From positions 192,001 to 256,000 of the forward strand of contig CAWANJ010000002.1 in NCBI GenBank assembly GCA_963783385.1: a stretch of 64,000 bases of DNA, in the 5' to 3' direction. The notes below the pieces were generated by a model. That model was given only the letters and a program-made list of their open reading frames with translations. It made no database searches and was not told the origin of the DNA. A program made the position numbers and the translations under genes. Position 1 is the stretch's first letter. Each line of letters begins with the position of its first letter. Source of the stretch: an uncultured Gemmatimonadales bacterium. Its GTDB lineage: Bacteria > Gemmatimonadota > Gemmatimonadetes > Palauibacterales > Palauibacteraceae. This document shows positions 1 to 10,284 of the stretch, one piece after another.

Positions 1-1
1 G

Positions 2-1423
2 GCCATGTACGCTCCCTCCGAGGAAGGGCGCTACAAGGTGTACATCGTGGACGAGGCGCACATGCTCACCCGGGAGGCCTGGAACGCCCTCCTCAAGATC
101 CTGGAGGAGCCCCCGTCCCGGGTCATCTTCGCGTTCGCGACCACCGAGCCCCAGCGCATCCAGCAGACCGCGGCGCCCGTGCTGTCCCGCTGCCAGCGCT
201 TCGACTTCCGGCGCGTTTCCGTCCAGGACATCCTCGGACGGCTGGAGACCGTGCTGGAGCGCGAGGGCGTGGAGGCCGAGGAGGGATCCCTGCTCCCCAT
301 CGCTCGCCGGGCCGAAGGAGGCGTGAGGGACGCGCTCTCCCTGCTGGACCAGGTGCTGTCCTTCTCGGACGATCGGATCGGAGCCGCGGACGTCCGCCGC
401 ATGCTGGGCCTGGTGGACGAGGACCGCTACCTGGCCTTCTTCGAGCTGGCCGCGGAGGGTGATCGTTCAGGCGTGCTCCCCTTCGTGCAGGAGCTGCTGG
501 ACGCTGGCTACGATCCCGTCGAGTTCGTGCGTGGGCTGGCGGACGGTCTGCGCATTCTCCTGGCCCTGCGCATGGACCCGGGGGCGGACGTGGAGGTCTC
601 GCCGGACTCCAGGCCTCGCTTCGTGGCCATGGCCGAGCGTTTCGAGGAAGTGGACCTCCTGCGGCTCCTGATGGCGGTGTCGGATTTCGAGACGTCGGGC
701 CGCTTCCGGCGCAGCGCCCAGCAGCGGATCCAGCTCGAGGTGCTGCTGCTCCGGCTCGTGTCGATGGACTCCGCGGTGGAGCTCGAGGACTTGCTGCGGG
801 CCGCGGGTGGAGAGATCCCGCCCTCCGGACGCCGCCCCCGACATCCGGAGGGCTCGTCCCGCCCCACCGCCCCGGGCGGAACGGGACGTCCGCGGTCGTC
901 GGCTCCGGACGCGGGTGCGGAGGGGAGTGCGGATGCGGGTGCGGACGAGTCGAGCGCAGGATCGGGCTCCTCTCCCGTTCCGGCCGGGCGCGCGGAGGAG
1001 TCGCCCGAACCGCCCCCGGACGAGCGCCCGGAGAGCGGCGCCGCCGGGGGAACGGTCGGGCTGCAGGAGGCGTGGCGGACGGCCCTGGCCGGAGCCACCA
1101 ACCTGTCCGGCATCGGCCTGGCACTGCGGGGCACGCGCCTCCGGGAGACGGAGCGGGGGGCCTTTCTGGTGGAGGCTCCCGCGGGCCTGGCCGACGACCT
1201 GGAAGCCTACCTGGCCGACGAACGTTCCCGGCCCGTGCGGACCGCGCTGGCCAAAGCGCTGGGCCGCCCCGAGGCCGGCGTCGAGCTCCGGGTGCGTGAG
1301 GCCGGTCCCCCTCGCCGGATGACGGCAGAAGCGGCGCGAAAACAGCGGCTGGAGGACATGGCTGGCATGGACCCAAGTCTTCGGGAAGCGGTAGAAGAAC
1401 TCGACCTGTCGATCAAGGAGTGA
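2..1423 (+). CDS. dnaX: DNA polymerase III subunit gamma/tau (5'-truncated by window edge)
   Basis: Motifs YKVYIVDEAHML, NALLKILEEPP, SRCQRFDF and GGVRDALSLLDQ, then a long P/S/G/A linker; conserved dnaX-ybaB-recR order. Confidence 0.96.
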   Translation, partial: AMYAPSEEGRYKVYIVDEAHMLTREAWNALLKILEEPPSRVIFAFATTEPQRIQQTAAPVLSRCQRFDFRRVSVQDILGRLETVLEREGVEAEEGSLLPIARRAEGGVRDALSLLDQVLSFSDDRIGAADVRRMLGLVDEDRYLAFFELAAEGDRSGVLPFVQELLDAGYDPVEFVRGLADGLRILLALRMDPGADVEVSPDSRPRFVAMAERFEEVDLLRLLMAVSDFETSGRFRRSAQQRIQLEVLLLRLVSMDSAVELEDLLRAAGGEIPPSGRRPRHPEGSSRPTAPGGTGRPRSSAPDAGAEGSADAGADESSAGSGSSPVPAGRAEESPEPPPDERPESGAAGGTVGLQEAWRTALAGATNLSGIGLALRGTRLRETERGAFLVEAPAGLADDLEAYLADERSRPVRTALAKALGRPEAGVELRVREAGPPRRMTAEAARKQRLEDMAGMDPSLREAVEELDLSIKE

Positions 1424-1430
1424 CACCGCC

Positions 1431-1766
1431 GTGGATTCCATGAAGAACCTCCAGCAGCTCTTCCAGATGGGCCAGCAGATGCAGTCGCGCATGAACGACC
1501 TGCAGAAGCGTCTGGCCAGCGAAACCGTGACCTCGCGGAGCGGAGGCGGGATGGTGGAGGTGACCGTTGACGGAACCGGGGAAGTCAAGCGCGTCAAGCT
1601 CGACCCCTCGGTCGTCGATCCGGGTGACGTCGAGATGCTGGAGGACCTGGTGCTGGCCGCCGTGTCCGAGGCGCAGCGCCGGGCGAAGGACAAGCTCGAG
1701 GAGGAGATGCGGGAGGCCACGGGCGGACTTCCGATGCCGGGCCTCTCCCAGCTCCTGGGCGGTTGA
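1431..1766 (+). CDS. ybaB: YbaB/EbfC nucleoid-associated protein
   Basis: SGGGMVEVTVDG and DVEMLEDLVLAAV motifs; lies between dnaX and recR. Confidence 0.93.
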   Translation: MDSMKNLQQLFQMGQQMQSRMNDLQKRLASETVTSRSGGGMVEVTVDGTGEVKRVKLDPSVVDPGDVEMLEDLVLAAVSEAQRRAKDKLEEEMREATGGLPMPGLSQLLGG

Positions 1767-1800
1767 CGGCTCCGAGCCCTCTCCCGCCACGGAGGCGACC

Positions 1801-2388
1801 GTGTCCGCGATCGAGGACCTGATCACGGAGCTGGGCCGGCTTCCGGGCGTCGGTCGCAAGACGGCACAGCGGCTGACCTACCACCTCCTGAAGACGCCAC
1901 CGGGGGAGGCACGGCAGCTGTCCCGTGCCATCGATCGGGTGGTGGACGAGGTGCACGCGTGTTCGACGTGCGGCAACCTGAGCGACTCCGATCCATGCGA
2001 GTTCTGCTCCGACGCCCGACGCGACGACGCGGTGTTGTGCGTGGTCGAGGAGGCCTCTGACATCACGGCCATCGAGAAGTCGGGTCACTTCGATGGCGTG
2101 TACCACGTGCTGGGCGGACGGCTCTCGCCTCTGGACGGCATCGGGCCGGACGACCTCAACATCGCTTCCCTCCTGACGCGCCTGCGCGGGGGAGTGCGGG
2201 AGGTGATCCTGGCCACGAACCCGAGCGTGGAGGGCGAGGCGACGGCGACCTACCTCCACCGCCTCCTCCGGGACATGGATGGCGTGCGGATCACGCGCCT
2301 GGCCCGGGGGCTGCCGGTCGGCGGAGACCTCGAGTACGCCGACGGCGTCACCATCGCGGAAGCGTTCACCGGCCGCAGGGACATGTAA
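1801..2388 (+). CDS. recR: Recombination mediator RecR
   Basis: LPGVGRKTAQRL HhH motif, CSTC..CEFC zinc finger, Toprim EVILATNPSVEGEAT; GTG start at 1801 after GGAGG. Confidence 0.96.
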   Translation: MSAIEDLITELGRLPGVGRKTAQRLTYHLLKTPPGEARQLSRAIDRVVDEVHACSTCGNLSDSDPCEFCSDARRDDAVLCVVEEASDITAIEKSGHFDGVYHVLGGRLSPLDGIGPDDLNIASLLTRLRGGVREVILATNPSVEGEATATYLHRLLRDMDGVRITRLARGLPVGGDLEYADGVTIAEAFTGRRDM

Positions 2389-2402
2389 CGCGGGAGCACC
2401 GG

Positions 2403-2747
2403 ATGCCGACCTGGATCTCGTTGGATGACTCGGAGGACCGCGCGTGGCGAATCCTCAAGGTCGCGGGGCTCGCGCTTCTGGGCGCAGGGGCCGTGACCGC
2501 GCTGGGCGCCTGGCTGGCGCGTGACCAGATGGTCCGTCACCGGAAGGACCTGTTCAGTCCGCACCCGCTCCGCCGCCTGGCCGCGCTGGGATACCTGAAG
2601 TCGCACCCGGATGTAGACAACGTCCTGCTGCTGAGGGATTTTCTCGCCTGGGAGGAGCGCCCCCTGTTGCGCCGCAAGGCATCGGGCATCCTCGAGACGA
2701 TGGAAGAGGACCTGGCGGCGGCCGCGGAGTCGGCCGGGGGCGCCTGA
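2403..2747 (+). CDS. Hypothetical membrane-anchored protein with a HEAT-like helical domain
   Basis: One hydrophobic segment followed by RRLAALGYL; tightly packed after recR with an RBS. Confidence 0.65.
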   Translation: MPTWISLDDSEDRAWRILKVAGLALLGAGAVTALGAWLARDQMVRHRKDLFSPHPLRRLAALGYLKSHPDVDNVLLLRDFLAWEERPLLRRKASGILETMEEDLAAAAESAGGA

Positions 2748-2853
2748 GCGCGTGCGGGCCCGTCCGGTCTCGTGGTTGCGGGGAAGAAGGGATCGGCTCG
2801 ACGCTTCGCGGGCGCCGTCCCGGAGGCCTCGACACCCTGGACGCGGGTGAGTC

Positions 2854-3477
2854 TTGATCTGGAACCTGCCCAACGCCATCACGACGCTGCGGGTGCTGCT
2901 CGCGCCGCTCCTGGCGTTTCTGCTCCTGGAGCCCGGCGCCACGGCGCGCGCTCTGGGTTTCGGCGTGTTCCTGGTCGCGGCCGTTTCCGACCTGTGGGAC
3001 GGATACCTGGCGCGGCGCCGTCACGAGATCACCGACTACGGTCGGCTGGTCGACCCGGTGGCCGACAAGCTGCTCCTCGCGGCCGCGCTGGTGCCGCTGT
3101 ACCTCCTCACGCGGCGGTCGGCCGATCTCGCCGGCATCCCCGTGTACGACACGGTCCCCCTGTGGGCGGTGCTGGTGCTCCTGGGACGTGAGCTCCTCAT
3201 CACGGTGCTGCGCTCCGTGGCCGCGCGCCGTGGGCGGGTGGTCGCCGCCATGCGGTCCGGCAAGTACAAGGCGTTCGTGCAGAACCTCTTCCTCGGGGGC
3301 GCCATGCTCTGGGTCATCGCCCGCACGGCCGGGGCGGGTCCCGGCGGTGCTGGAATGGCCCTCCTCGGCTGGGCTACGGCCGTGACTCTGTCGGGTGCCT
3401 TACTCCTCACCGTGGGCTCGCTCGCGGAGTACCTTACCGCTTTCGCACGGGTGCTCGAGAGGCGTCGCGCGTCGTGA
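2854..3477 (+). CDS. pgsA: CDP-alcohol phosphatidyltransferase (PgsA-like)
   Basis: NLPNAITTLR and SDLWDGYLARR..G..VDPVADK signature; directly upstream of cinA. Confidence 0.9.
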   Translation: MIWNLPNAITTLRVLLAPLLAFLLLEPGATARALGFGVFLVAAVSDLWDGYLARRRHEITDYGRLVDPVADKLLLAAALVPLYLLTRRSADLAGIPVYDTVPLWAVLVLLGRELLITVLRSVAARRGRVVAAMRSGKYKAFVQNLFLGGAMLWVIARTAGAGPGGAGMALLGWATAVTLSGALLLTVGSLAEYLTAFARVLERRRAS

Positions 3478-4739
3478 CCGTACCGGCTGCGGGACGGGGC
3501 CGGTCCGGCCGCGTCCTCGTGCTGGTGGTCGGCGACGAGATCGTGGACGGCTCCGTGCGGGATCGGAACGGCGTCCGGGTGGCGGCGGCGGTCAGCGCGC
3601 GCGGCGGGTCGATCGTGCGCATCGAGTCGGTAGGGGATGACCTCGACTCGATCGCCCGCGCCGTGCGTGAGGGCGTGAAGCTGGGCGGCGTGATCGTGAC
3701 GGGAGGGCTGGGACCCACGCGGGATGACGTGACCCGAGAGGGGGTCGCGGCGGCGCTCGGCGTCCCGCTGGTCGTGGATGACGGGTGGACGGAACGAGCG
3801 GCCGCCCGACACCCGATCGTCCGTCGCCTCCCGGGGATGGAGCGGCAGTCACGCATTCCGGAGGGCGCCCGCGCTGTGGACAATCCCACCGGCACGGCCC
3901 TGGGCTTCCTGGCCGAGACCCGGGAAGGGGGATGGGTGCTCGTGCTTCCCGGCGTGCCTTCGGAGATCTCCGCGATGCTGGCAGGCGAGGCGGGGAACAT
4001 CCTGGACGATCGCCTGCCCGGCTCCGTGGGGCCGGTCGTTCGCGCGGCGATCGCGGGAGTGCCCGAGTCCGTGGTGGCGGCGCGCGTCGAGGAGGTGGCG
4101 GAGTTGCGCGGCCTTCGCCTGGCCAGCTACCCGCATCGCGGCACCGTCGATCTGCTCGTCCGTCCCTCTCCCGGCCAGGAGGGGGACGCGGCGACGCTGG
4201 CCCTCGAGGCGGCGGTCCGGGGCCTGCGGCTACGCTTCGGGCCGGACCTGTACGAGGTGGGTGATCGCGGGTTGTCGGAGACGGTCGTGGACGAGCTTCG
4301 CTCCCGGGGCATGACGCTCGCCGTGGCCGAGAGCTGCACGGGTGGAGGGCTGGGCGCGGCGGTGACCGCGGTGCCGGGCTCGTCCGACGTGTTCTGGGGA
4401 GGTGTGATCGTCTACGCGAACGCGGCCAAGCAGCGGCTTCTCGGCGTGCCCGGGCCCATGCTGGAGCGCGAGGGCGCCGTGTCCGAGGCCGTGGCCCTCG
4501 CCATGGCGCGGGGAATGCGGGGGCGTGCGGAGACGAGCTGGGGCGTGTCCATCACGGGCGTCGCCGGACCGTCCGGCGGCACGCCGGAGAAGCCGGTGGG
4601 CACGGTGTGGATGGCCGCCGTCGGCGAACGGGAGGCCGTGCGGCGGTATCATTTGCCGGGGGGCAGGGCGGAGGTGCGGGACCGGAGCGTCGCGGCGGCC
4701 CTCGATCTCCTCCGCAGGACCGTGATCCACTCGGAGTGA
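3474..4739 (+). CDS. cinA: CinA: molybdopterin-binding-like domain fused to PncC NMN deamidase
   Basis: GGLGPTRDDVTRE, AESCTGG and SITGVAGPSGGTPEKPVGTVW motifs. Confidence 0.92.
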   Translation: MTVPAAGRGRSGRVLVLVVGDEIVDGSVRDRNGVRVAAAVSARGGSIVRIESVGDDLDSIARAVREGVKLGGVIVTGGLGPTRDDVTREGVAAALGVPLVVDDGWTERAAARHPIVRRLPGMERQSRIPEGARAVDNPTGTALGFLAETREGGWVLVLPGVPSEISAMLAGEAGNILDDRLPGSVGPVVRAAIAGVPESVVAARVEEVAELRGLRLASYPHRGTVDLLVRPSPGQEGDAATLALEAAVRGLRLRFGPDLYEVGDRGLSETVVDELRSRGMTLAVAESCTGGGLGAAVTAVPGSSDVFWGGVIVYANAAKQRLLGVPGPMLEREGAVSEAVALAMARGMRGRAETSWGVSITGVAGPSGGTPEKPVGTVWMAAVGEREAVRRYHLPGGRAEVRDRSVAAALDLLRRTVIHSE

Positions 4740-4769
4740 GCGGAAGACTCAACAGGAGCCGGGTCCGAA

Positions 4770-5447
4770 GTGAATAGACGAAACAGAGAGGAACCGGAGC
4801 GCGAGGACGTCGAGCCGCGGGATGCGGACGGGGAGCGGCGTGCCCCGGCGCCAGAGGGGCCCGACGCCACCGACGGCTTCGCGGCCACCTCGGAGACGGC
4901 CGCGGTCCAGGACGCGGGTGCGGACGCCAGTCAGCGTCTGTCGGACGAGATCCGGGAGGAACTCGCCGAGCTCGAGGCGCTGCGGGAGCGCCACCTGAGG
5001 CTGGCCGCCGAATACGACAACTATCGTAAGCGCACGCGCCGGGAGCTCACCGAGGCCTCCGAGCGGGCGCAGGGCGAGCTCATGGTCCGCCTGCTCGATG
5101 GCCTGGACGACCTGGAGCGGGTGCTGGCCACGCCGGCGGAGGCGACCACCGTCGAGGCGCTGCACGAAGGCGTCGAGCTCGTCGAGCGGAAGCTCAGGAA
5201 GGAGCTCGCCGACGCCGGCCTGGAGCGCATTGAGGCCGAGGGCGAGCCGTTCGATCCGCGCGTGCACGATGCCCTCCTCACCGTCCCGGTCGCCGACCCG
5301 GATCGCGACGAGGTCGTCTCGCGAGTGCTGGTGAGCGGATACCGGCTCGGCGACCGGGTGCTGCGACCCGCCCGCGTGGAGGTCATGAAATACCAGCCCG
5401 GGGCCGGAGACGCCATGAGGGACGGAGCCGGCGACGGAGCCGCTTGA
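4770..5447 (+). CDS. grpE: Nucleotide exchange factor GrpE
   Basis: [22 protein letters not shown] and [16 protein letters not shown] motifs. Confidence 0.95.
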   Translation: MNRRNREEPEREDVEPRDADGERRAPAPEGPDATDGFAATSETAAVQDAGADASQRLSDEIREELAELEALRERHLRLAAEYDNYRKRTRRELTEASERAQGELMVRLLDGLDDLERVLATPAEATTVEALHEGVELVERKLRKELADAGLERIEAEGEPFDPRVHDALLTVPVADPDRDEVVSRVLVSGYRLGDRVLRPARVEVMKYQPGAGDAMRDGAGDGAA

Positions 5448-6559
5448 TGGCCACGCGCACCAAGGACTACTACGACGTCCTGGGGGTCCCGGAGAGCGCG
5501 ACGGCGGACGACATCAAGAAGGCGTACCGAAAGCTGGCCAAGAAGCACCACCCGGATGCGAACCCCGATGACCCGGCAGCCGCGGAGCGCTTCAAGGAGA
5601 TCAGCGAAGCGTACCGGGTCCTGTCGGACGCGGAGCAGCGCAAGCGGTACGACGAGCTCCGGCGCTACGGGGGCGCCGGTCCGTTCGCGGGGCGGCGCCC
5701 GGGTGCGAGGCCCGGCCCGGCCGGCGGCGTGCGGTTCGAGGACCTGGGCGAGTCCGGGTTCGGTGGTATCGGCGACTTCTTCAGCTCCATCTTCGACTTC
5801 GGCAGGAGGGCGTCCGGCGGCCACGAGCGGCAGACTCGTCGAGGCCGGAACGTCGAGCTGGACGTCGACATCCCGCTTCGCGTGGCAGCCCGAGGGGGGA
5901 AGATCCGGGTCACGGTCCCGGTGCGGGAGGAGTGTGCGGCTTGCGATGGCACGGGCGTGGCTCCGGGCGCCAGCCTGGAGAAGTGCACGCGGTGTGGGGG
6001 TCGGGGGACGATCGCCTACGAGCAGGGTGGCTTCGCGGTCAACCGCCCCTGCCCGCAGTGCATGGGTCGCGGAGAGATCCCCACGCAGGCGTGCAGCGTA
6101 TGCGGAGGTCAGGGGGAGGTCCGCAGCGCGCGCAAGCTGAACGTCCGCATCCCGGCCGGCGTGGACGACGAGGCCCGCATCCGGGTGCCGAGTCAGGGGG
6201 AGCGTGGGCCGGGCGGCGGCCCCCAGGGCGACCTCATCATCCGTGTCCACGTGGGGGAAGACACCTTCTTCAGCCGCGAGGGGCGCGACCTTGTGTGCGA
6301 GGTACCGATCAACCTGGCCCAGGCCCTGCTCGGGTCCCGGGTCCGCGTCCGGACGGTGGACAACAAGAAGGTCGTTCTCCGCATTCCCCCCGGGACCCAG
6401 AGCGGCACCGTGTTCCGGATCCGAGGTCAGGGAATCGGAGGGGAGGGAGAACGGGGCGATCAGCTCGTGCGCGTCCAGATCCGGGTGCCCGAGGACATGA
6501 GCGATCGCGGGCTGGAGCTGGCCCGCGAGATGGCCGAAGAGGAAGGACTCCCGTACTGA
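5447..6559 (+). CDS. dnaJ: Chaperone DnaJ
   Basis: J domain with HPD, G/F-rich region and four CxxCxGxG repeats. Confidence 0.96.
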   Translation: MATRTKDYYDVLGVPESATADDIKKAYRKLAKKHHPDANPDDPAAAERFKEISEAYRVLSDAEQRKRYDELRRYGGAGPFAGRRPGARPGPAGGVRFEDLGESGFGGIGDFFSSIFDFGRRASGGHERQTRRGRNVELDVDIPLRVAARGGKIRVTVPVREECAACDGTGVAPGASLEKCTRCGGRGTIAYEQGGFAVNRPCPQCMGRGEIPTQACSVCGGQGEVRSARKLNVRIPAGVDDEARIRVPSQGERGPGGGPQGDLIIRVHVGEDTFFSREGRDLVCEVPINLAQALLGSRVRVRTVDNKKVVLRIPPGTQSGTVFRIRGQGIGGEGERGDQLVRVQIRVPEDMSDRGLELAREMAEEEGLPY

Positions 6560-6568
6560 GGCGGGGCT

Positions 6569-7651
6569 TCAGCGGACGATAACGCCTCCGCCCACGACCA
6601 CGTCCTCCCGGTACAGCACGGCGCTCTGACCGGGGGTCACGGCTCGGCGCGGCGCCAGGAGCTCGAGCTCGAATCGGTCGCCGTCCATGGCGGTGAGGAC
6701 CGCCTCGACGACGGGCGCCCCGTGTCGGATGCGCACCCCGATCTCCTCGCCGGGGAGCGGCGGCTCGGCCAGCCAGTTGGCGCGTTCGGCCCGCAGGACC
6801 GAGGTCTGGAGCGCCTCTCGGGGGCCGATCACCACCTGGCGGGCCTCGGGCCGGATCTCGGCCACGTACATGGGCTCCGGGAAGCCCCCCGGAAGCCCCC
6901 GGCGCTGTCCGACCGTGAAGCCGGCGTAGCCCTCGTGGGAGCCCACCACCCTCCCGTCGCGGAGCACGACGTCCCCCCGCGACAGGGCCGGGTGGCCGGG
7001 ACCCAGATACCGTCGCAGCACGCCCCGGTAGTCGTTGTCGGGCACAAAGCAGATCTCGAACGACTCGGGCTTTTCCGCCGTCGAGAGCCCGAGCTCGCGC
7101 GCGATGGCCCGGACCCGAGACTTGCGGAGCTCTCCGATCGGCAGGAGCAGGCGGTCCAGGGCCGCGCGGTCGATGCCCCACAGGAAGTAGGTCTGGTCCT
7201 TCCGGTCGTCTTCGGCGCGGCAGAGGAGCGTCGGCTCGCCCGGCGATCGCCGGATGCGGGCGTAGTGGCCGGTGGCCATGTGCTCGCAGCCCAGGGCTTC
7301 GGCCCGCCCGAGGAGGTCCCGGAACTTCGTGAAGCTGTTGCAGCGCACGCAGGGGATCGGCGTGCGGCCCGCGGCGTACTCGCCGACGAAATCGTCGATC
7401 ACGTCCTCGGCAAAGCTCGCCTCGGCGTCGAACACGACGTGCGGAATGCCGAGTCGCCCCGCCACCGCCTTCGCATCACCGATGCCCTCGAGCCCGCAGC
7501 ACGTGTTGGAGGGGCCGTCGACCTCGCCGTAGCAGAAGGTCTTGATGGTGGCGCCCACCACCTGGTGTCCGGCCCGGTGGAGGAGGGCCGCCGTCACGCT
7601 GGAGTCCACGCCGCCCGACATGGCGGCGAGGACGCGCCCGGACGAGCTCAC
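6569..7651 (-). CDS. mnmA: tRNA 2-thiouridine(34) synthase
   Basis: SGGVDS PP-loop, GRTPIPCVRCN, ATGHYAR, KDQTYFL, ESFEICF and TPGQSAV motifs. Confidence 0.96.
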   Translation of the reverse strand: MSSSGRVLAAMSGGVDSSVTAALLHRAGHQVVGATIKTFCYGEVDGPSNTCCGLEGIGDAKAVAGRLGIPHVVFDAEASFAEDVIDDFVGEYAAGRTPIPCVRCNSFTKFRDLLGRAEALGCEHMATGHYARIRRSPGEPTLLCRAEDDRKDQTYFLWGIDRAALDRLLLPIGELRKSRVRAIARELGLSTAEKPESFEICFVPDNDYRGVLRRYLGPGHPALSRGDVVLRDGRVVGSHEGYAGFTVGQRRGLPGGFPEPMYVAEIRPEARQVVIGPREALQTSVLRAERANWLAEPPLPGEEIGVRIRHGAPVVEAVLTAMDGDRFELELLAPRRAVTPGQSAVLYREDVVVGGGVIVR

Positions 7652-8859
7652 GGAGCCGGGGCGGCGTGGCGGGTCCCGGCCGGCTCCAGCATCTCGGCGG
7701 CCAGACGGGCCGCGCTGCGCCCGGCCCGCTCCACCTCTTCCGCCGTGGTCCCCGGTCCGAAGCTGAAGCGGAGCACGCCGTACGGTTCGTCCGACCCGGT
7801 TCCCGCGCCCATCGCGTCCAGGACGTGCGAGGAGTGGTGGGCCCCGCTGCTGCAGGCCGAGCCGGCGGACAGCGCCACGCCCTCCAGGTCGAGGGTGACG
7901 AGCAGCTCGGCCGCGTCCGCCCCCGGGAGGCCCACGCTCAGGATGTTCGGCAGCCGTTCCGGAGCGCCCGCGCCGTGCATGCGCACGCCGGGGACCCTGG
8001 CCTCCAGACGACCGGCCAGCTCATCCCTGAGCTCCCGCCAGCGGGCGGCCGAGCCCGGGAGGGCCTCGACGGCCAGACGCGCCGCCTCGGCGAAGCCCAC
8101 GGCCGCCAGCGGATTCTGCGTCCCGGGCCACAGCCCGCGCTCCTGGGAGCCGCCGAAGGTCAGGGGCTCGAGCCGGAGCCCCTCGCGCACGACCAGGAGC
8201 CCGATGCCGACCGGACCTCCGAGCTTGTGTGCGGTCACCGTGAGGAGGTCGGCCCCCGAGGCCTCGCGGGACACCGGCACCTTTCCGAACGCCTGAACGG
8301 CGTCCGTGTGGAGGAAAGCGCCGCGCGCGTGGGCCATGCGCGCCGCCTCGGCCACGGGCTGGATCGACCCGACCTCGTTGTTGGCCCACATGAGGGACAC
8401 GAGGCACGGGCCCCCACGGGCCTCGTCGAGGGCGGCTTCCAGCGCGGCGAGCCTGACGACCCCGTGGCCGTCCACCGGGAGGTGGACGAGGTGCGCCCCC
8501 TCGCGCTCGGCCTGACGGGCGGCTTCCAGGACGGCCTTGTGCTCGATGGCCGACACGAGGAGTGTCGGCCGGCGCCCGGCATGCGCGCGCGCGAAGCCGA
8601 GCACGGCCAGGTTGTCGGCCTGAGTCCCGCCGGCGGTGAACCGAAGCTCCGAGACCGGCGCTCCGAGGAGACCGGCGAGCCGTCCGCGCGCCTCCTCGAG
8701 ACGGCTGCGTGCCCGGCTCCCGAACCCGTGGGAGCTCGCGGCGTTGAAGTCGGCCTCGCCGAGCGCTGCCTGCATGGCGGCCCACACCTCGCCGCGCAGG
8801 GGCGAGGTGGCGGCGTGGTCCAGGTAGATTCGCTCGCCGTCGGCAGGGTGGTCGCGCAT
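7648..8859 (-). CDS. iscS: Cysteine desulfurase (IscS/NifS family)
   Basis: YLDHAATSP, NNEVG, HTDAVQ, AHKLGGP (PLP Lys) and GSACSS (catalytic Cys); coupled to mnmA. Confidence 0.92.
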   Translation of the reverse strand: MRDHPADGERIYLDHAATSPLRGEVWAAMQAALGEADFNAASSHGFGSRARSRLEEARGRLAGLLGAPVSELRFTAGGTQADNLAVLGFARAHAGRRPTLLVSAIEHKAVLEAARQAEREGAHLVHLPVDGHGVVRLAALEAALDEARGGPCLVSLMWANNEVGSIQPVAEAARMAHARGAFLHTDAVQAFGKVPVSREASGADLLTVTAHKLGGPVGIGLLVVREGLRLEPLTFGGSQERGLWPGTQNPLAAVGFAEAARLAVEALPGSAARWRELRDELAGRLEARVPGVRMHGAGAPERLPNILSVGLPGADAAELLVTLDLEGVALSAGSACSSGAHHSSHVLDAMGAGTGSDEPYGVLRFSFGPGTTAEEVERAGRSAARLAAEMLEPAGTRHAAPAP

Positions 8860-9068
8860 GGCGAATTCCGCACCAGGGTTCAGGGTCACGTGGGGACGTC
8901 CGGGAGCGCCGGCGCCCCGGCGCCCGTCCGGTCCTTCATATCCGGAGCCGCGGGTGGAGTTCCTGCAGCGGAAGGATCTTCCGACGTCCCCGAGGACGCG
9001 CTAGCTTCAGACTGCGGCTCATCGCAGCCATCCACCAGCGTGCGCCTCCGACCGTGCCAGGGAGGATC

Positions 9069-9443
9069 ATGGACCCCGACGCTTTCTGCTCCGAGACTCT
9101 TCCTCCGCCCGCCGCCTCGCTGTTCCGAGCCACCGTCCACGGACTCGCCTTCGCCGGCCGCAGCCGACACCTGATGAACCTGGACGGCGAGGACCATCTC
9201 CTGCTCATTCCCGATCCACCCGGCGGCCATCCGGAACAGGTGTGGGTCCACCTTCGGGAAGGGGATCCGCTCGGGCACCTCCCGGACGAGATCGGCGGCT
9301 GGCTGGCCCCCTGGATGCGGAGCGGAGGCCGAGCTCACGCGCGGGTGGTGCGCGTGGGGGACGAGAGCGTGCCCAGCTGGAAGCGCCTCCTGGTGGAGGT
9401 CGTGTGCGGGGAAGGACGTGGGGGTCCACCGGCCACCACCTGA
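9069..9443 (+). CDS. Stand-alone HIRAN-like domain protein
   Basis: FRATVHGLAF..R, LLLIPDP and VWVH..G..LGHLP pattern resembles HIRAN; GGAGG before ATG. Confidence 0.6.
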   Translation: MDPDAFCSETLPPPAASLFRATVHGLAFAGRSRHLMNLDGEDHLLLIPDPPGGHPEQVWVHLREGDPLGHLPDEIGGWLAPWMRSGGRAHARVVRVGDESVPSWKRLLVEVVCGEGRGGPPATT

Positions 9444-9461
9444 GGCGGCGGGGACGCGGGG

Positions 9462-10232
9462 TCACATCGAACGCACGCCCAGCGTCGTCACGTCGTCCAC
9501 CTCCACCGTCTCCTCGGTCCAGAAGGGCTCGCCGTAGGGCCGGCGGATCAGCGACCCGTAGTGCCGATTCTGCGTCTCGATCAGGTCGTACAGGTCCTGT
9601 CCCGTGGGAAAGATCTCGCCGGCCGCGTCCTTCCCGTCGAACTGCGACGCGTAGCAGTGGATCGCCTCCATCTTGCGCTCGAACTGCCGGCCGATGTCCA
9701 CCACGAACGTCGGCTTGAGCGGGTCCTCCCGGTAGCTGAGCGCGTACAGGACCTTGAGCGGACGGTGCGGCTCGCCGTCTCCGTACCGTGAGAGGCCCGC
9801 GAGATAGCAGGCATCACGGGAGAGCTCGGAGGCGATCCGGTGATCCGGGTGGCGTCCGCGAGGAAAGGGAAGGATGACGGTCCGGGGCCGCAGGCCGCGC
9901 ACGAGTCCCACCAGGCGGCGGCGGCTCTCATCGGTGTTGAACAGGCCGGCATCGGGCAGGCCCGCGTTGAGCCGGGCCACGACGCCCAGCACGCCCGCCG
10001 CCCGCTCGGCCTCCTCGCCGCGCAGCTCCGCCGAGCCCCGGGTCCCCATCTCACCCAGGGTGAGGTCGACGATGGCCGTCCGGTGACCCTGGTCGGCGGC
10101 GCGGAGGAGGGTGCCCCCGCAGGTGAGCTCCACGTCGTCCCGGTGCGCCGCGATCGCCAGGAGGTCGACGGGACCGATCGCCCGTGCGCGGGCGGCGAGC
10201 TCCTCGGCCCCCGTCTTCTCCTCGTCGCTCAT
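9462..10232 (-). CDS. bshB1: PIG-L/LmbE family deacetylase, bacillithiol BshB1-like
   Basis: DLLAIAAHRDDVELTCGGTL, DLTLGEMGTRG, RHPDH and CYASQF motifs. Confidence 0.8.
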   Translation of the reverse strand: MSDEEKTGAEELAARARAIGPVDLLAIAAHRDDVELTCGGTLLRAADQGHRTAIVDLTLGEMGTRGSAELRGEEAERAAGVLGVVARLNAGLPDAGLFNTDESRRRLVGLVRGLRPRTVILPFPRGRHPDHRIASELSRDACYLAGLSRYGDGEPHRPLKVLYALSYREDPLKPTFVVDIGRQFERKMEAIHCYASQFDGKDAAGEIFPTGQDLYDLIETQNRHYGSLIRRPYGEPFWTEETVEVDDVTTLGVRSM

Positions 10233-10284
10233 CGCCCACCTCCCGCTGCCCGGCCCCCGGCGCGGCCCACGGGGCCGCCGGCCT

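Noticed and set aside
800-1060. Programmed -1 frameshift in dnaX (gamma/tau)
   Set aside because: No A-AAA-AAG or poly-A slippery site was seen in the linker.
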